A stretch of 64,000 nt of DNA from Candidatus Shapirobacteria bacterium (GCA_037142555.1 JBAXAJ010000003.1:13589-77588), one strand, 5' to 3'; positions 36,367-47,505 are shown, numbered from the stretch's first letter. Numbers and translations are program-made. The notes: generated by a model not told the origin, from the sequence alone.

Positions 36367-36918
36367 ATGAAAGATAAAATAATATTCCAAGGCAAAACTA
36401 AAAGCGGAAAAATAATTTCTTTCCGTTATCCAACCATTAATGACACCCAAATTTTACTTGATTTTATAAACAAAATTTCCAAAGAAAAAACATTCGTTAC
36501 TTTTCAAGGTGAACAACAAACATTTGAAGAAGAAAAAAAATATGTCGAATCAATGGTCGATAAAATTAAAAATAAAAAGGCAGTCTATTTGTTAGGATTT
36601 ATTGATGGTAAGTTTGTCGGTTCAGCAGACATAAATATGATGGATAAAACTAGAAGCCATCTTGGTCTTTTTGGAATCACTGTTGCAAAAGAATATCGAG
36701 GTGAGGGGATTGGCAAAATTTTAATGGATCTAGTCATTAAAGAATCTAAATCAAAATTAAAAGAATTAAAACTAGTTACTCTAGATGTCTATGGTAAAAA
36801 CTTTATTGCCCAATCTCTCTATAAAAAACTTGGTTTCAAAGAATATGCTCGTCTTCCTCAAGGAGCCAAATACCGAGGCAAGTTTGATGACCTAATTTCA
36901 ATGTATAAAAAGTTATAA
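36367..36918 (+). CDS. GNAT-family N-acetyltransferase
   Basis: GVTVAKEYRGEGIGKILMD matches the acetyl-CoA-binding R/Q-x-x-G-x-G/A motif. Confidence 0.75.
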   Translation: MKDKIIFQGKTKSGKIISFRYPTINDTQILLDFINKISKEKTFVTFQGEQQTFEEEKKYVESMVDKIKNKKAVYLLGFIDGKFVGSADINMMDKTRSHLGLFGITVAKEYRGEGIGKILMDLVIKESKSKLKELKLVTLDVYGKNFIAQSLYKKLGFKEYARLPQGAKYRGKFDDLISMYKKL

Positions 36919-36986
36919 AGATAGTTTTTTTGCGATAATTCTGCGGAGATTATTTGAAGCAAATTTTGATACAATAATGGCATCTC

Positions 36987-38249
36987 ATGATTGATATTAA
37001 TTTACTTAGAAATCAGCCAGAAATCGTCAAAACCGCGCTCAAAAATCGCCAAAAAGATCCTATTGTTGCAGACCAAGTTTTAGACTTTGATAAGAGTCGT
37101 TTAAAACTACTTTCCCAAGTTGAAGGATTAAGATCCGAACAAAATGTTCTCAGTCGTGCTTTCCAAGGGAAACCAACCGAATCCCAACTTAAAGAAGCTT
37201 CAGTGATTAAAGAAAAATTAAAAACTTTAGAAGCTGATTTAAAAGTAATCGAAGATAAACAAAATTTAGTTCTAGAAGAAATTCCAAACATCCCATCAGA
37301 TGACACTCCAATTGGCAAAGATGACAAAGATAATGTTGTCATCAAAACAGTCGGTGAGCCAACCAAATTTGATTTTGAGCCTCTAGATCATGCTGATCTC
37401 GGTGAAAAACTCGACATTCTTGATATCAAGAAAGCTGCTCAAGTTTCCGGTTCTCGTTTTGGTTATTTCAAAGGTCAAGGTGCAGTTCTCGAAATGGCGG
37501 TCATGTTCTATGCTTTCAACAAATTAGTCAAAAAAGGTTTCACGGCCATGATTCCTCCAACTATGGTTAAATCAGAAGCTGAATGGAAATGTGGTTACAC
37601 CAGCAACAAAAATCTAATGAATGCTTATTATTCCAGTCCTGAAGATGATTTAATTTTCATCAGCAGTTCTGAACATGTTGTTGTTCCATATCATATGGAT
37701 GAAATTCTAGATGCTAAAAAATTCCCAATTAAATATGTCAATTATTCACCATGTTTCAGAAGAGAAGCTGGAACCTATGGTAAAGACATGAAAGGCCTTT
37801 TAAGAGTCCATAACTTCAATAAAGTTGAAATGAACATTTTCACTCTTCCAGATTACAAAATTTCTGATGCTATGTGTCTAGAAATGTTGGCTCTAGAAGA
37901 AGAATTAATGCAAGAGTTTGGAATTCCATATCAAGTTGTTCAAGCTTGCACGGGTGATCTTCCTCAACCAAATCGTCGTATGTATGATCTAAATTCTTGG
38001 TTTCCAGGTCAAAAAGCCTATCGAGAAACTCATTCTTGCAGCAACTGTGGTGACTACCAATCTCGTCGTTTAAACACCAAAGTTAAAATTGATGGCAAAA
38101 ATGAATTAGTTCACATTTTAAATGCCACTCTAATCACCGATCGCGCTGTCTTAGCTATCATCGAAAATCATCAACAAAAAGACGGCAGCATCAAAATACC
38201 TAAAGTTTTACAACCTTATACAAATTTCGAGGTTATAAAACCCATTTAA
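36987..38249 (+). CDS. serS: seryl-tRNA synthetase
   Basis: N-terminal coiled-coil tRNA-binding arm (MIDINLLRNQPE...) and a class II core within 420 aa. Confidence 0.9.
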   Translation: MIDINLLRNQPEIVKTALKNRQKDPIVADQVLDFDKSRLKLLSQVEGLRSEQNVLSRAFQGKPTESQLKEASVIKEKLKTLEADLKVIEDKQNLVLEEIPNIPSDDTPIGKDDKDNVVIKTVGEPTKFDFEPLDHADLGEKLDILDIKKAAQVSGSRFGYFKGQGAVLEMAVMFYAFNKLVKKGFTAMIPPTMVKSEAEWKCGYTSNKNLMNAYYSSPEDDLIFISSSEHVVVPYHMDEILDAKKFPIKYVNYSPCFRREAGTYGKDMKGLLRVHNFNKVEMNIFTLPDYKISDAMCLEMLALEEELMQEFGIPYQVVQACTGDLPQPNRRMYDLNSWFPGQKAYRETHSCSNCGDYQSRRLNTKVKIDGKNELVHILNATLITDRAVLAIIENHQQKDGSIKIPKVLQPYTNFEVIKPI

Positions 38250-38270
38250 TTCGCTAGAGGAGCCACCTAT

Positions 38271-38320
38271 TCCGACTTGCTTTAGTATCAAAGCTAGAGC
38301 AGGTCGGAACGGTATTTTTT
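38271..38320 (+). terminator. rho-independent terminator after serS
   Basis: An 11-bp stem (TCCGACTTGCT at 38271-38281 pairing with AGCAGGTCGGA at 38298-38308, with one G-U pair) is followed by TTTTTT at 38315-38320. Confidence 0.6.
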
Positions 38321-38337
38321 AAGGTATAATTATCACT

Positions 38338-41028
38338 ATGTTTAAACTAATTAAAAGTTTTTTTGATGAGAATAAAAGAAGAGTAAATTCTTTCAAACCA
38401 ATAATCGAAAAAATTAATGCTTTTGAAAAAGAAATTAACGCGCTTAAAGACGAAGATTTATATAAAAGAACTGAAAAATTCAAAAAACTTTTAAGTAAAG
38501 GTAAAACTCTAGATGACATTTTGCCTGAAGCCTATGCAGTAGTTCGAGAAACCATTCAAAGAACCATTGGTGAAAGAGCTTATGATGTTCAACTTATGTC
38601 GGCCATTACTCTCCACCAAGGTGCAATTGCCGAACAAAAAACCGGAGAAGGTAAGACTCACTCAGTCATCTTTCCAGCCTATTTAAACGCTCTAGAAGGC
38701 AAAGGTGTCCACATTGTCACTCCAAACGATTACTTAACTCGAGTTGGCGCCGGTTGGTATCCTCGAGCTTTGCACAAACTTGGAATCAGCACTGCTTGTA
38801 TTGTCCATGAACAATCATTCATTCTTGACCCAGAATATACTGACGAAAATGAAAAAATAGATAATCGTCTAGCTCATTTAAAGCCAATTACTCGAAAAGA
38901 AGCTTACAATGCCGACATTACCTATGGAACTAATAATGAATTTGGTTTTGATTATCTTCGTGATCACATGGTTTCTGAATATAAAGATATGGTTCAAAGA
39001 CCTCACAATTTTGCTGTCGTCGATGAAGTCGATTTTGTTTTGATTGACGAAGCCAGAACTCCTCTAATCATTTCTTCACCAAATAACCAACCAGTCGATA
39101 AATACTATGAATTTGCCAAGATAGCCTCTCAACTTCAACAAAACGATTACATCATCGATGAGAAAGCTAAATCAGCCACTTTATCAGAATATGGAATCAG
39201 AAAAATAGAAAGAGTTTTGAATGTCAAAAATCTTTATGAAGAATCATTTGAAACCATTCATTACATTGAAAACGCTATCAAAGCTCGAGCTATTTTCCAA
39301 AAAGATAAAGATTATGTCGTCAAAGATGGTGAAGTAATAATTGTCGATGAATTCACTGGCCGCATGATGAATGGCCGACGCTGGTCAGATGGTCTTCACC
39401 AAGCGGTTGAAGCTAAAGAAAGTGTCACTGTCCAACGTGAATCTCAAACTTGGGCCACCATCACTTTCCAAAACTTTTTCCGTCTCTATACCAAATTAGC
39501 CGGTATGACTGGAACCGCCGCCACTGAGTCTGAAGAATTTAAAAAGATTTATGATCTAGATGTTGTCACTATCCCAACTCATCGTGATCTTCAAAGAGAT
39601 GATCAAAACGATTTAATTTTCAAAACTCAAAGATCTAAATATGTTGCTGTTGTTAATAAAATTGAAGAACTTCATAAGAAGGGTCAACCAGTTTTAATTG
39701 GAACTACTTCAATTGAAAAAAATGGAATACTTGGTAATTTATTAACTAAAAGAGGACTTACTCACCAAGTTTTAAACGCTAAAAATCACCGATCTGAAGC
39801 TGAAATAATTTCAAAAGCTGGAAAGAAAGGTGCCATCACTGTTGCTACTAACATGGCTGGCCGAGGTGTCGACATCATTCTTGGTGGTCCAAAAGAATTA
39901 ACCGATAAAAAAACTTGGAAAAAAGAACATGACGAAGTTTTAAGTCTTGGTGGTTTATGTGTCATTGGTACTGAACGACACGAATCACGCCGCATCGACA
40001 ACCAACTCCGAGGTCGAGCTGGTCGTCAAGGTGATCCAGGTTATTCTCAATTCTATGTTGCTCTTGATGATGATTTAATGCGAGTTTTTGGTGGTGAAAA
40101 AATTAGCACTCTAATGAGTCGATTCAACATGCCAGACGACATGCCTCTAACTCATCCGCTAGTTTCTAAAGTTATTGAACAAATCCAAGTTAAAGTTGAA
40201 GGCTACAATTTTGATTCTCGAAAACACTTAGTTGAATATGACGATGTCATTAATAAGCAAAGAAAAATAGTCTACAATCTTCGCGACACAACTCTAATTA
40301 ACGCCGATTCTGAGGAACAATTAAATGAAGAAACTATTTATAAAGCTCTAAATAATCAAATAAGTTCGTTAGTCGCCATGAACAGCGACTATGAAAATGG
40401 CAAACTTGATGCTGAAAAAATAATGCTTGAATTCTCAGAAATTCTTCCAATGGATCCATCTCAAAGAAACAAAGTCAGATCAGAACTAGAAAAAGCAAAT
40501 AACCCACAGGAATATTTAGTTAATATTTTAAAAGATCAATGGCAACAGAGAATCAGTTATTTTGGTAAAGACATTTCAAAATCTGTTCTTATATTTGCCA
40601 TCATTTCCACACTTGATCCACTTTGGGTTGAACACTTAACCCATCTTGATGACCTACGAGAAGGTGTCCGTCTCCGAGGTTATGCTCAAAAAGACCCTCT
40701 GATCGAATATCGAAAAGAAGGCTACGAAATGTTCCAAAAATTAATGGGGCAATTTGAATATAACTTATCTAGAAAACTTTTCAGACTTGAACCAGTTACT
40801 GCTCCACCTCAGGCTGGGCCAGATCAAGCCACTGAAACTCGTGGTCAAGTTGAAGATCTATCTATTGAAACAAGTGCTCAAGCAGTTGATAATCAAGAAG
40901 TAGAGAATCATCAACACCAAGCCAAAGCCCAAACAGTCACCAAAGAAAACACTGTTGGTCGAAATGACCCATGTCCTTGTGGTTCAGGCAAAAAATATAA
41001 AAAATGTTGTTATCCTCAATACGAATAA
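38338..41028 (+). CDS. secA: preprotein translocase ATPase SecA
   Basis: DEAD-like motor (MKTGEGKT, DEVD), a preprotein cross-linking domain, and a C-terminal zinc finger CPCGSGKKYKKCC within 896 aa. Confidence 0.95.
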   Translation: MFKLIKSFFDENKRRVNSFKPIIEKINAFEKEINALKDEDLYKRTEKFKKLLSKGKTLDDILPEAYAVVRETIQRTIGERAYDVQLMSAITLHQGAIAEQKTGEGKTHSVIFPAYLNALEGKGVHIVTPNDYLTRVGAGWYPRALHKLGISTACIVHEQSFILDPEYTDENEKIDNRLAHLKPITRKEAYNADITYGTNNEFGFDYLRDHMVSEYKDMVQRPHNFAVVDEVDFVLIDEARTPLIISSPNNQPVDKYYEFAKIASQLQQNDYIIDEKAKSATLSEYGIRKIERVLNVKNLYEESFETIHYIENAIKARAIFQKDKDYVVKDGEVIIVDEFTGRMMNGRRWSDGLHQAVEAKESVTVQRESQTWATITFQNFFRLYTKLAGMTGTAATESEEFKKIYDLDVVTIPTHRDLQRDDQNDLIFKTQRSKYVAVVNKIEELHKKGQPVLIGTTSIEKNGILGNLLTKRGLTHQVLNAKNHRSEAEIISKAGKKGAITVATNMAGRGVDIILGGPKELTDKKTWKKEHDEVLSLGGLCVIGTERHESRRIDNQLRGRAGRQGDPGYSQFYVALDDDLMRVFGGEKISTLMSRFNMPDDMPLTHPLVSKVIEQIQVKVEGYNFDSRKHLVEYDDVINKQRKIVYNLRDTTLINADSEEQLNEETIYKALNNQISSLVAMNSDYENGKLDAEKIMLEFSEILPMDPSQRNKVRSELEKANNPQEYLVNILKDQWQQRISYFGKDISKSVLIFAIISTLDPLWVEHLTHLDDLREGVRLRGYAQKDPLIEYRKEGYEMFQKLMGQFEYNLSRKLFRLEPVTAPPQAGPDQATETRGQVEDLSIETSAQAVDNQEVENHQHQAKAQTVTKENTVGRNDPCPCGSGKKYKKCCYPQYE

Positions 41029-41030
41029 AT

Positions 41031-42047
41031 ATGATCAAAAAACTAGTATCTAAAAAAATCTGGAAAGAAATTAAAAAAGCAAAAAGCATTCTTTTAACTA
41101 TCCATCCAAGCCCAGACGCCGATTCAGTTGGTTCTAATTTAGCTCTCTATGAAGTAATCAGTAAAATGGGCAAAAAAGTCACTCTAATTGCTGGTGATTC
41201 CGAATTTCCTCAAAACATGGCAACTTTACCAAACAGCAACAAAGTCTTACCAAAAAACTTTTTTCAAATTAATCAAAATGACTATGATTTATTCATAATA
41301 GCCGATATTTCAGACAAAAAAAGAATTTCAAACCAAGGTGAAGTTAAACTTAGTAAACATTTAAAAACTATTTGCATTGATCATCATTTCAGCAACCAAA
41401 AATTTGCCAACATTAATTTAATAGATGTTAAGTCTCCAGCTACTTGCCAATTAATTTATGAATTTTTACAAGTTAATAAAATTAAAATAACTAAAAATAT
41501 TGCCAATTGTCTATTTATTGGCATCTACGCTGACACTGGTGGTTTTAAATATTTAAACACTACTCACAAAACTTTTTTAATTGTCTCAGATTTAGTCAAA
41601 ATATATCCAAAATTCAATAAAACTGTTTTTGAACTAGAAAATAATGACAAAGCTGATCGTCTTAAATTTCTATCTTTAATGTTTGCCGCCATCAAAACTT
41701 ATTGTTCAGAAAAAGTTGCTATTTCTTCCATTGATTTTAAAACTATCCAAGAAAATAATCTTGATAATAGTAGTGTCATCCATGGTTCCGACATCGCTAA
41801 TTCCATTAAATCAGTCACTGGTTGGGAAATTGGCATTAGCCTAATTGAAGTTCAACCAAATTTAATCAAAATTAGTTTCAGGACTAGAGACCCTAATAAA
41901 TATGATTTAACCAAAGTTGCCGCCGCTCTTGGTGGTGGTGGTCACAAACCTGCCGCTGGTGCTGTTTTAAACAACATGTCTCTTCAAAAAGGTATTGATT
42001 TAATCATCGAAAAACTCCAAAAAGTCTACCCAGATTTAAGAAAATAA
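41031..42047 (+). CDS. nrnA: DHH-family phosphoesterase (NrnA-like oligoribonuclease/pAp phosphatase)
   Basis: DHH motifs (HPSPDADS, ICIDHH) and a C-terminal DHHA1 GGGH motif (AAALGGGGHKPAAG). Confidence 0.75.
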   Translation: MIKKLVSKKIWKEIKKAKSILLTIHPSPDADSVGSNLALYEVISKMGKKVTLIAGDSEFPQNMATLPNSNKVLPKNFFQINQNDYDLFIIADISDKKRISNQGEVKLSKHLKTICIDHHFSNQKFANINLIDVKSPATCQLIYEFLQVNKIKITKNIANCLFIGIYADTGGFKYLNTTHKTFLIVSDLVKIYPKFNKTVFELENNDKADRLKFLSLMFAAIKTYCSEKVAISSIDFKTIQENNLDNSSVIHGSDIANSIKSVTGWEIGISLIEVQPNLIKISFRTRDPNKYDLTKVAAALGGGGHKPAAGAVLNNMSLQKGIDLIIEKLQKVYPDLRK

Positions 42048-42076
42048 AAAGGATTAAACTTCTGATAAACTAACTT

Positions 42077-42382
42077 ATGACAGATTGTATTTTTTGCAAA
42101 ATAGCCAGTGGGGAAGTCAATTGCGAAAAAATTTATGAAGACGATAATTTTCTTGCTTTTCTAGATGTTAATCCAAAAGCTCTTGGCCACACTCTTTTAA
42201 TTCCTAAGAAACATTATCAATGGACTTATGATGTCCCTAATTTTGGCGAATATTGGGAAGTTGCCAAAAAAGTTGGGCTAGACCAAAAAGAAAAATTCAA
42301 TGCTGAATTCATTTCATTTGTAACCATGGGAACAGACATTCCTCATGCTCATATTCATATAATTCCTCATTATAAAATTTAA
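42077..42382 (+). CDS. HIT-family (histidine triad) protein
   Basis: C-terminal HAHIHIIP histidine triad within 101 aa. Confidence 0.85.
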   Translation: MTDCIFCKIASGEVNCEKIYEDDNFLAFLDVNPKALGHTLLIPKKHYQWTYDVPNFGEYWEVAKKVGLDQKEKFNAEFISFVTMGTDIPHAHIHIIPHYKI

Positions 42383-42390
42383 ATAAAACT

Positions 42391-42672
42391 ATGGATCCAA
42401 ATCAAGAAATAATCTCCGAGCTCAAAGCTCTTAATGAAAAATTAGACAAAGTCACTAAACCATCAAAACTTATGTGGACTAACTTTTTGAGTGGCACTTT
42501 TCGGTCTCTAGGAATGCTTTTTGGGACTATAATCATTGGTTCAATCTTGATCTACATTTTTTCTCAAGTTGATTTTACAAAATCAGTTTCAAAATGGGTT
42601 GAAGATACTTTATCCCAAATTAGATGGGAAAAAATTGTTACCCCTCAAAACGAAATAATCGAACAAAAATAA
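42391..42672 (+). CDS. hypothetical single-pass membrane protein
   Basis: 93 aa with one central hydrophobic helix. Confidence 0.35.
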   Translation: MDPNQEIISELKALNEKLDKVTKPSKLMWTNFLSGTFRSLGMLFGTIIIGSILIYIFSQVDFTKSVSKWVEDTLSQIRWEKIVTPQNEIIEQK

Positions 42673-42708
42673 TTTAATTAAATAAAATTTATGTCGTTAA
42701 AATAAAAT

Positions 42709-43893
42709 ATGATTATATTTGGATTAATTATCATTATATTAATAATATATTTTTTTATTTCATATTTTTGGACACACTTTGGAATTTTAATTTTATTAGC
42801 ACCAACTAAACCTTGGGTTATGGAATTAATTAAATATAAAGATTTTTTAAATGGATATAAAGATGAAATATTAACCTTTTTTATAGTCTCAATCTTAATA
42901 TTAACTTTAATACAAATATTTTTTCTAAATTCCAAATTTTTAGAAAAATTTAGTATTAGAAAATTATTAATAATTTCCTTAATTACAAGTCTCATAGCTA
43001 GTTTGTCCTACCCATTTTTATCAAGTGACATTTTCAGCTATCTATTTGCCGGGAAAATGGTAACTTTTTTCCATTTAAACCCATATTTCAATGCTCCAAT
43101 TGTTGTTGAAGGAAAAGAATTATGGTTTGCTTTCACTCTATGGGTAAACAATGTGAACTACACTATTTTTGGAACAGATATTAAATATGCCTATGGTCCA
43201 GTGTTTTTAGCCTATTCATTAATACCATTTTTAATTTTTACTTCTGCCAAATTTTTAGGTGTTTTTTATGGTCTTAAATTATTAAATGTAATGGTTTTTA
43301 TGCTTTGTGGTTGGATGCTTTTGAAAATTAATAAAAATGATAAGAAAATCTTTGCTTATTGGTTTTTTAACCCATTATTGATATTAGAACTATTGATTAA
43401 TTCACATAATGATTTGATCATGGTTGCCCTTTTTATAACTTCAATCTTCTTTTCTATTGTGAATAAAAATAAAATTCTCCAAACAACAGCTTTTATAGCA
43501 TCAGTCGCTACAAAATTTATCAGTGCACCTCTAATTTTTACTTTAATATTTAGTGGCAAAATAAGATTATGGTTATTCAGATTATCTGGGTTTGCTATTC
43601 TTTTTTATAATGCTTACAACCCAAAATATATGTGGTATTACACTTGGATTTATATGATTTTCCCTTTTGTAAATTTGAAGAAAAGAAGTTGGATTATTAT
43701 ATTTTTATTTCAAAGTGTGTTACTTATCTTTGCATACTCAAAATTTATAATTCATAATCAATGGGGTTCACTTGATTGGATGCCACCACAACAGTATTTT
43801 AGATGGGGGTTACCAATTTTATTACTTATTTCTGAAATTAATATACTTCCAATATTTAAAAAGGCAAAATTATTAATCTCAAAAATAGTCTAA
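42709..43893 (+). CDS. polytopic membrane protein (possible GT-C-like/DUF2029-type glycosyltransferase)
   Basis: 394 aa, very hydrophobic with 10 or more helices and no soluble catalytic motif. Confidence 0.35.
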   Translation: MIIFGLIIIILIIYFFISYFWTHFGILILLAPTKPWVMELIKYKDFLNGYKDEILTFFIVSILILTLIQIFFLNSKFLEKFSIRKLLIISLITSLIASLSYPFLSSDIFSYLFAGKMVTFFHLNPYFNAPIVVEGKELWFAFTLWVNNVNYTIFGTDIKYAYGPVFLAYSLIPFLIFTSAKFLGVFYGLKLLNVMVFMLCGWMLLKINKNDKKIFAYWFFNPLLILELLINSHNDLIMVALFITSIFFSIVNKNKILQTTAFIASVATKFISAPLIFTLIFSGKIRLWLFRLSGFAILFYNAYNPKYMWYYTWIYMIFPFVNLKKRSWIIIFLFQSVLLIFAYSKFIIHNQWGSLDWMPPQQYFRWGLPILLLISEINILPIFKKAKLLISKIV

Positions 43894-45732
43894 TTATTTT
43901 TTTCGTGAAGCTCTGACTCGGTCAGTTTTATTCAAAAGTTTCTTTCTTAATCGAATTGTTTTTGGAGTAATATCAATAAACTCATCACTATTAATAAAGT
44001 CTAGTGATTCTTCAATCGAATATTTAACTGCTGGTGCCAACACAATTCCATCATCGTTTCCAGATGAACGCATGTTGGTTAATTGTTTACCCTTACAGAT
44101 ATTTATCTCTAAATCACCAATCATTGGTCTGAAACCAACAATTTGTCCTTCATAAACCATTTCAGTTGGAGAAATAAAAGTAATGCCTCTTTTTTGAGCT
44201 AAATCTAATCCAAAAGACAAAGCTTTACCAGACTCAGAAGCAATTAAAACTCCATTTCTTTCTTTAGTGTTATCTTCTTGTTTTGGTTCAAAGTCGATAA
44301 ATAAGAAGTTTAATGACACCATTCCTCTAGTTTCAGTCATTAAAGCACTTCGTAGACCTAAAGCATTCTTTTCACTGATTTTATAAATCATTTTAGTTCC
44401 GACCTTATCATCAGTTTGCATATCCAACATTTCTGCTTTTCTCTTACCTAATTCAGAAGTAATTGTTCCCACATATTCATCAGGAGTAATAATAGTTAAT
44501 TCATTAAAAGGTTCACAAACAACTCCGTCAATCTTTTTCAAGATTACTTCAGGTTTACCAACTTCCATTGCATATCCTTCTCGGCGTAATTTTTCAACTA
44601 AAATAGCTAAATGTAATTCACCTCGACCAGCCACTAACATTCTGATGCTATCACTTGGATCATCTTCAATTTTTAATCCTAAGTTTGATTCAACTTCTTC
44701 TCTCAATCTTTCTTTAAGTTCTCTACTGGTCAAAAATTTAGATTCATCTCTAGCAAAAACCGATGTATTAGGTCCAAAACTAGCCTTAAGAGTCGGTTCA
44801 GCGACTTCAATTGCTGGAAGTGCCACTTGAAAACTTGGTGAAGTCAAAGTTTGTCCAATTTCGATCTCAGAAATTCCAGAAATATAAACAATTTCTCCAC
44901 TAGTTACTTCATTTGCTTCAACTTTGTTAATTCCTTCATTAACATACATTTTTTCAGCTCTAAAATTACCAGCTACTTTTTGGTCAACATTAACTAAGGA
45001 AATATAATCTCCCTTTTTAACCATTCCTTGATTAACTCTTCCAACTGCTAATTTACCTAAATATTCATTCTTTTCAAAAGCAGAAACTAACATTTGGAAA
45101 GGTTGATCCATATTTTTTTGAGCACTAGGGATAGTTTTTAAAATTGTTTCAAAAAGGGGAGTCACATCACCTTTTTCTTCCATTGATTCCGGCATTTCAT
45201 AAAATGTCTTTCCTTCTCGACCGATTGCATAAATAATTGGAAAATCTAATAATTCAGGATCATCAGCTAAAGATAAAAATAAATTTTCAGCATCAGCCAC
45301 AACTTCTTTAGTTCTTTCGTCTTTTCTATCAATCTTATTAATAACCAAAATAACTTTCAATTTATAGTCCAAAGCTCTCTTTAAAACGAATTTAGTTTGA
45401 GATAAAGGGCCTTCAGCCGCATCAACGATCAATAGAACACCATCAGCCATGTTTAAGACTCTTTCGACTTCACCACCAAAATCAGCGTGTCCAGGAGTGT
45501 CTATGATGTTAATTTTAGTGTCTTTATAAAAAACAGAGGTATTTTTAGATAAAATAGTGATTCCTTTTTCTCTTTCCAGATCATTACTATCCATGATTCG
45601 ATCGACATTCATCTCTTCTTGGTTTTCTCTAAAAGTGTGTGTTTGCTTTAATAAAGCATCAACTAAAGTGGTTTTTCCATGATCAACGTGGGCAATCACA
45701 GCAATGTTTATTATATTATTGAACTTGGGCAT
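43894..45732 (-). CDS. typA: translational GTPase TypA/BipA
   Basis: [19 protein letters not shown]1 motif, a DTPGHADF motif, and EF-G-like domains within 612 aa. Confidence 0.9.
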   Translation of the reverse strand: MPKFNNIINIAVIAHVDHGKTTLVDALLKQTHTFRENQEEMNVDRIMDSNDLEREKGITILSKNTSVFYKDTKINIIDTPGHADFGGEVERVLNMADGVLLIVDAAEGPLSQTKFVLKRALDYKLKVILVINKIDRKDERTKEVVADAENLFLSLADDPELLDFPIIYAIGREGKTFYEMPESMEEKGDVTPLFETILKTIPSAQKNMDQPFQMLVSAFEKNEYLGKLAVGRVNQGMVKKGDYISLVNVDQKVAGNFRAEKMYVNEGINKVEANEVTSGEIVYISGISEIEIGQTLTSPSFQVALPAIEVAEPTLKASFGPNTSVFARDESKFLTSRELKERLREEVESNLGLKIEDDPSDSIRMLVAGRGELHLAILVEKLRREGYAMEVGKPEVILKKIDGVVCEPFNELTIITPDEYVGTITSELGKRKAEMLDMQTDDKVGTKMIYKISEKNALGLRSALMTETRGMVSLNFLFIDFEPKQEDNTKERNGVLIASESGKALSFGLDLAQKRGITFISPTEMVYEGQIVGFRPMIGDLEINICKGKQLTNMRSSGNDDGIVLAPAVKYSIEESLDFINSDEFIDITPKTIRLRKKLLNKTDRVRASRKK

Positions 45733-45760
45733 CCGTAGATTGTACTATAATATAATAATT

Positions 45761-46528
45761 ATGCAACAAATTAAGTTAATTCTCTTATTTTTACTTTTAA
45801 TCTTATTTTCCACATTTATCTTGTTTTTCATCAAAAAACCAACTAAAGAAAAGGTTGAAACTAAAATTAACCAAACTATTGCTAAAGTTGAAGAAATTAA
45901 AGAAACAATTGCTCCAGAACCAACCAAAATATTAAAAGATGGTCTCCCAAATAAATTTTTAATTAAAACCGCCTTTGTAGAACAGGCTCCAGAGAAAAAC
46001 TGGGATCAACCGTGGCAAGATGCTTGTGAAGAAGCTTCACTTTTAACTGTCGATTTATATTATAAAAATAAATCAATTTCTTTAGTTGAAAATAGAGATT
46101 TAATCCTAGATATGATCAAATTTGAAGACACTCAAACTTTTTCTAAGGATATGAATATTTCTCAAATGGCCATAGTAGGTGAAAAATATCTAAATTATCA
46201 AACTAAAATAATAGAAAATCCAAGTGTTGAAGATATTAAAAAATATTTAAGTCAAAATATTCCAATAATAGTCACTGCCAATGGGAAAACTTTATTTGCC
46301 GAAAATAAACATTTTAATTCAGGTGGCCCTTATTACCATAGCCTCGTAATTCTTGGCTATGATGACACTAAAAAACAATTTATAGTTCATGATGTTGGAA
46401 CCAAAGCCGGTGCCTATTTCCACTATTCTTATTCACTACTTCTAGAAAGCATCCATGACTTTCCTGAATCTGGCCACAAGGAAGATATTAATAACGGTCA
46501 AAAAAAAGTTTTAATTTTGTTAAAATAA
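45761..46528 (+). CDS. membrane-anchored C39-like (papain-fold) cysteine peptidase domain protein
   Basis: N-terminal hydrophobic helix, then Q..WQDACEEASLL as the putative catalytic Cys and HSLVILGYDD...HD as the His/Asp, which matches the Peptidase_C39-like pattern. Confidence 0.45.
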   Translation: MQQIKLILLFLLLILFSTFILFFIKKPTKEKVETKINQTIAKVEEIKETIAPEPTKILKDGLPNKFLIKTAFVEQAPEKNWDQPWQDACEEASLLTVDLYYKNKSISLVENRDLILDMIKFEDTQTFSKDMNISQMAIVGEKYLNYQTKIIENPSVEDIKKYLSQNIPIIVTANGKTLFAENKHFNSGGPYYHSLVILGYDDTKKQFIVHDVGTKAGAYFHYSYSLLLESIHDFPESGHKEDINNGQKKVLILLK

Positions 46529-46531
46529 ATA

Positions 46532-47119
46532 ATGCCAAAAATTATAATTATTATTTTATCAATCATATTTTTATCAGCTTGTTCAAGTGACTCTATTAAA
46601 GAACAAAACATAGATCTTAATCAAGCAAAACAACCAACACCAACTATGACTCAAAATTTAATTCCAACAACTTCAGTTAACAACCAAGATTCCATAATTT
46701 CTATTAAAACCAAAGATGGTGAAATAGTTGCCAAACTCTATTCAAAAGAAGCTCCAAACACTGTCGCTAATTTCATTAAAAAAGCTAATTCTGGATTCTA
46801 TAAAAACTTAAACTTTCATCGAGTAATTCCAGGTTTCATGGCCCAGGGTGGTGACCCAACTGGAACCGGAACTGGTGGTGGCGATCAAAAATCAGAAATC
46901 AATAATATTCCTTTTGTCCGTGGCAGTTTTGGTCTAGCTCGAGCTGGAAACAAAGAAATCAGTAACGATAGTCAATTCTTCATCTGTTTTAATAACCAAG
47001 GTTGTCAACATTTAACAGGTGATTATGTAAATTTTGGAGAAGTAATCTCCGGTCTAGATATTCTAGACAAAATTCAACAAGGTGACAAAATTATAGATAT
47101 TACTACTAAAACAAAATGA
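46532..47119 (+). CDS. cyclophilin-type peptidyl-prolyl isomerase, putative lipoprotein
   Basis: FHRVIPGFMAQGGDPTGTGTGG cyclophilin core and an N-terminal signal peptide ending FLSAC, a lipobox-like cysteine. Confidence 0.85.
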   Translation: MPKIIIIILSIIFLSACSSDSIKEQNIDLNQAKQPTPTMTQNLIPTTSVNNQDSIISIKTKDGEIVAKLYSKEAPNTVANFIKKANSGFYKNLNFHRVIPGFMAQGGDPTGTGTGGGDQKSEINNIPFVRGSFGLARAGNKEISNDSQFFICFNNQGCQHLTGDYVNFGEVISGLDILDKIQQGDKIIDITTKTK

Positions 47120-47499
47120 AAAAAATAATAATCGTATTAATAATAGTTGCTGTCATTTTTGGCTTCTATAAATTAACTGCCAAAGCTCCAGCTTCCACTA
47201 ACACTGATTATCAAAATTCTGATTTTATCCTATTCTACGGCAGCAGTTGCCCTCATTGTAAAGTTGTCGAAGAATTCATCGCTAAAAACGAAATTGATAA
47301 AAAACTTAAAATTAGCCAATTAGAAGTTTATGAAAATAAATCTAATTCTGCTCTTTTTGCCAAAACAGTCAAAGAAATTTGTCCTGATAAAATAACTGCA
47401 GATGGCCTTATAGTCCCATTTTTAATCAATCCAAAAGATAAACAATGTTATCTTGGTGACCAACCAATAATCGACTATTTAACAGCAAAATCAAAATAG
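47116..47499 (+). CDS. membrane-anchored thioredoxin-fold thiol-disulfide oxidoreductase
   Basis: N-terminal TM helix and a CPHC active-site motif within 127 aa. Confidence 0.55.
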   Translation: MKKIIIVLIIVAVIFGFYKLTAKAPASTNTDYQNSDFILFYGSSCPHCKVVEEFIAKNEIDKKLKISQLEVYENKSNSALFAKTVKEICPDKITADGLIVPFLINPKDKQCYLGDQPIIDYLTAKSK

Positions 47500-47505
47500 C
47501 TTTTA

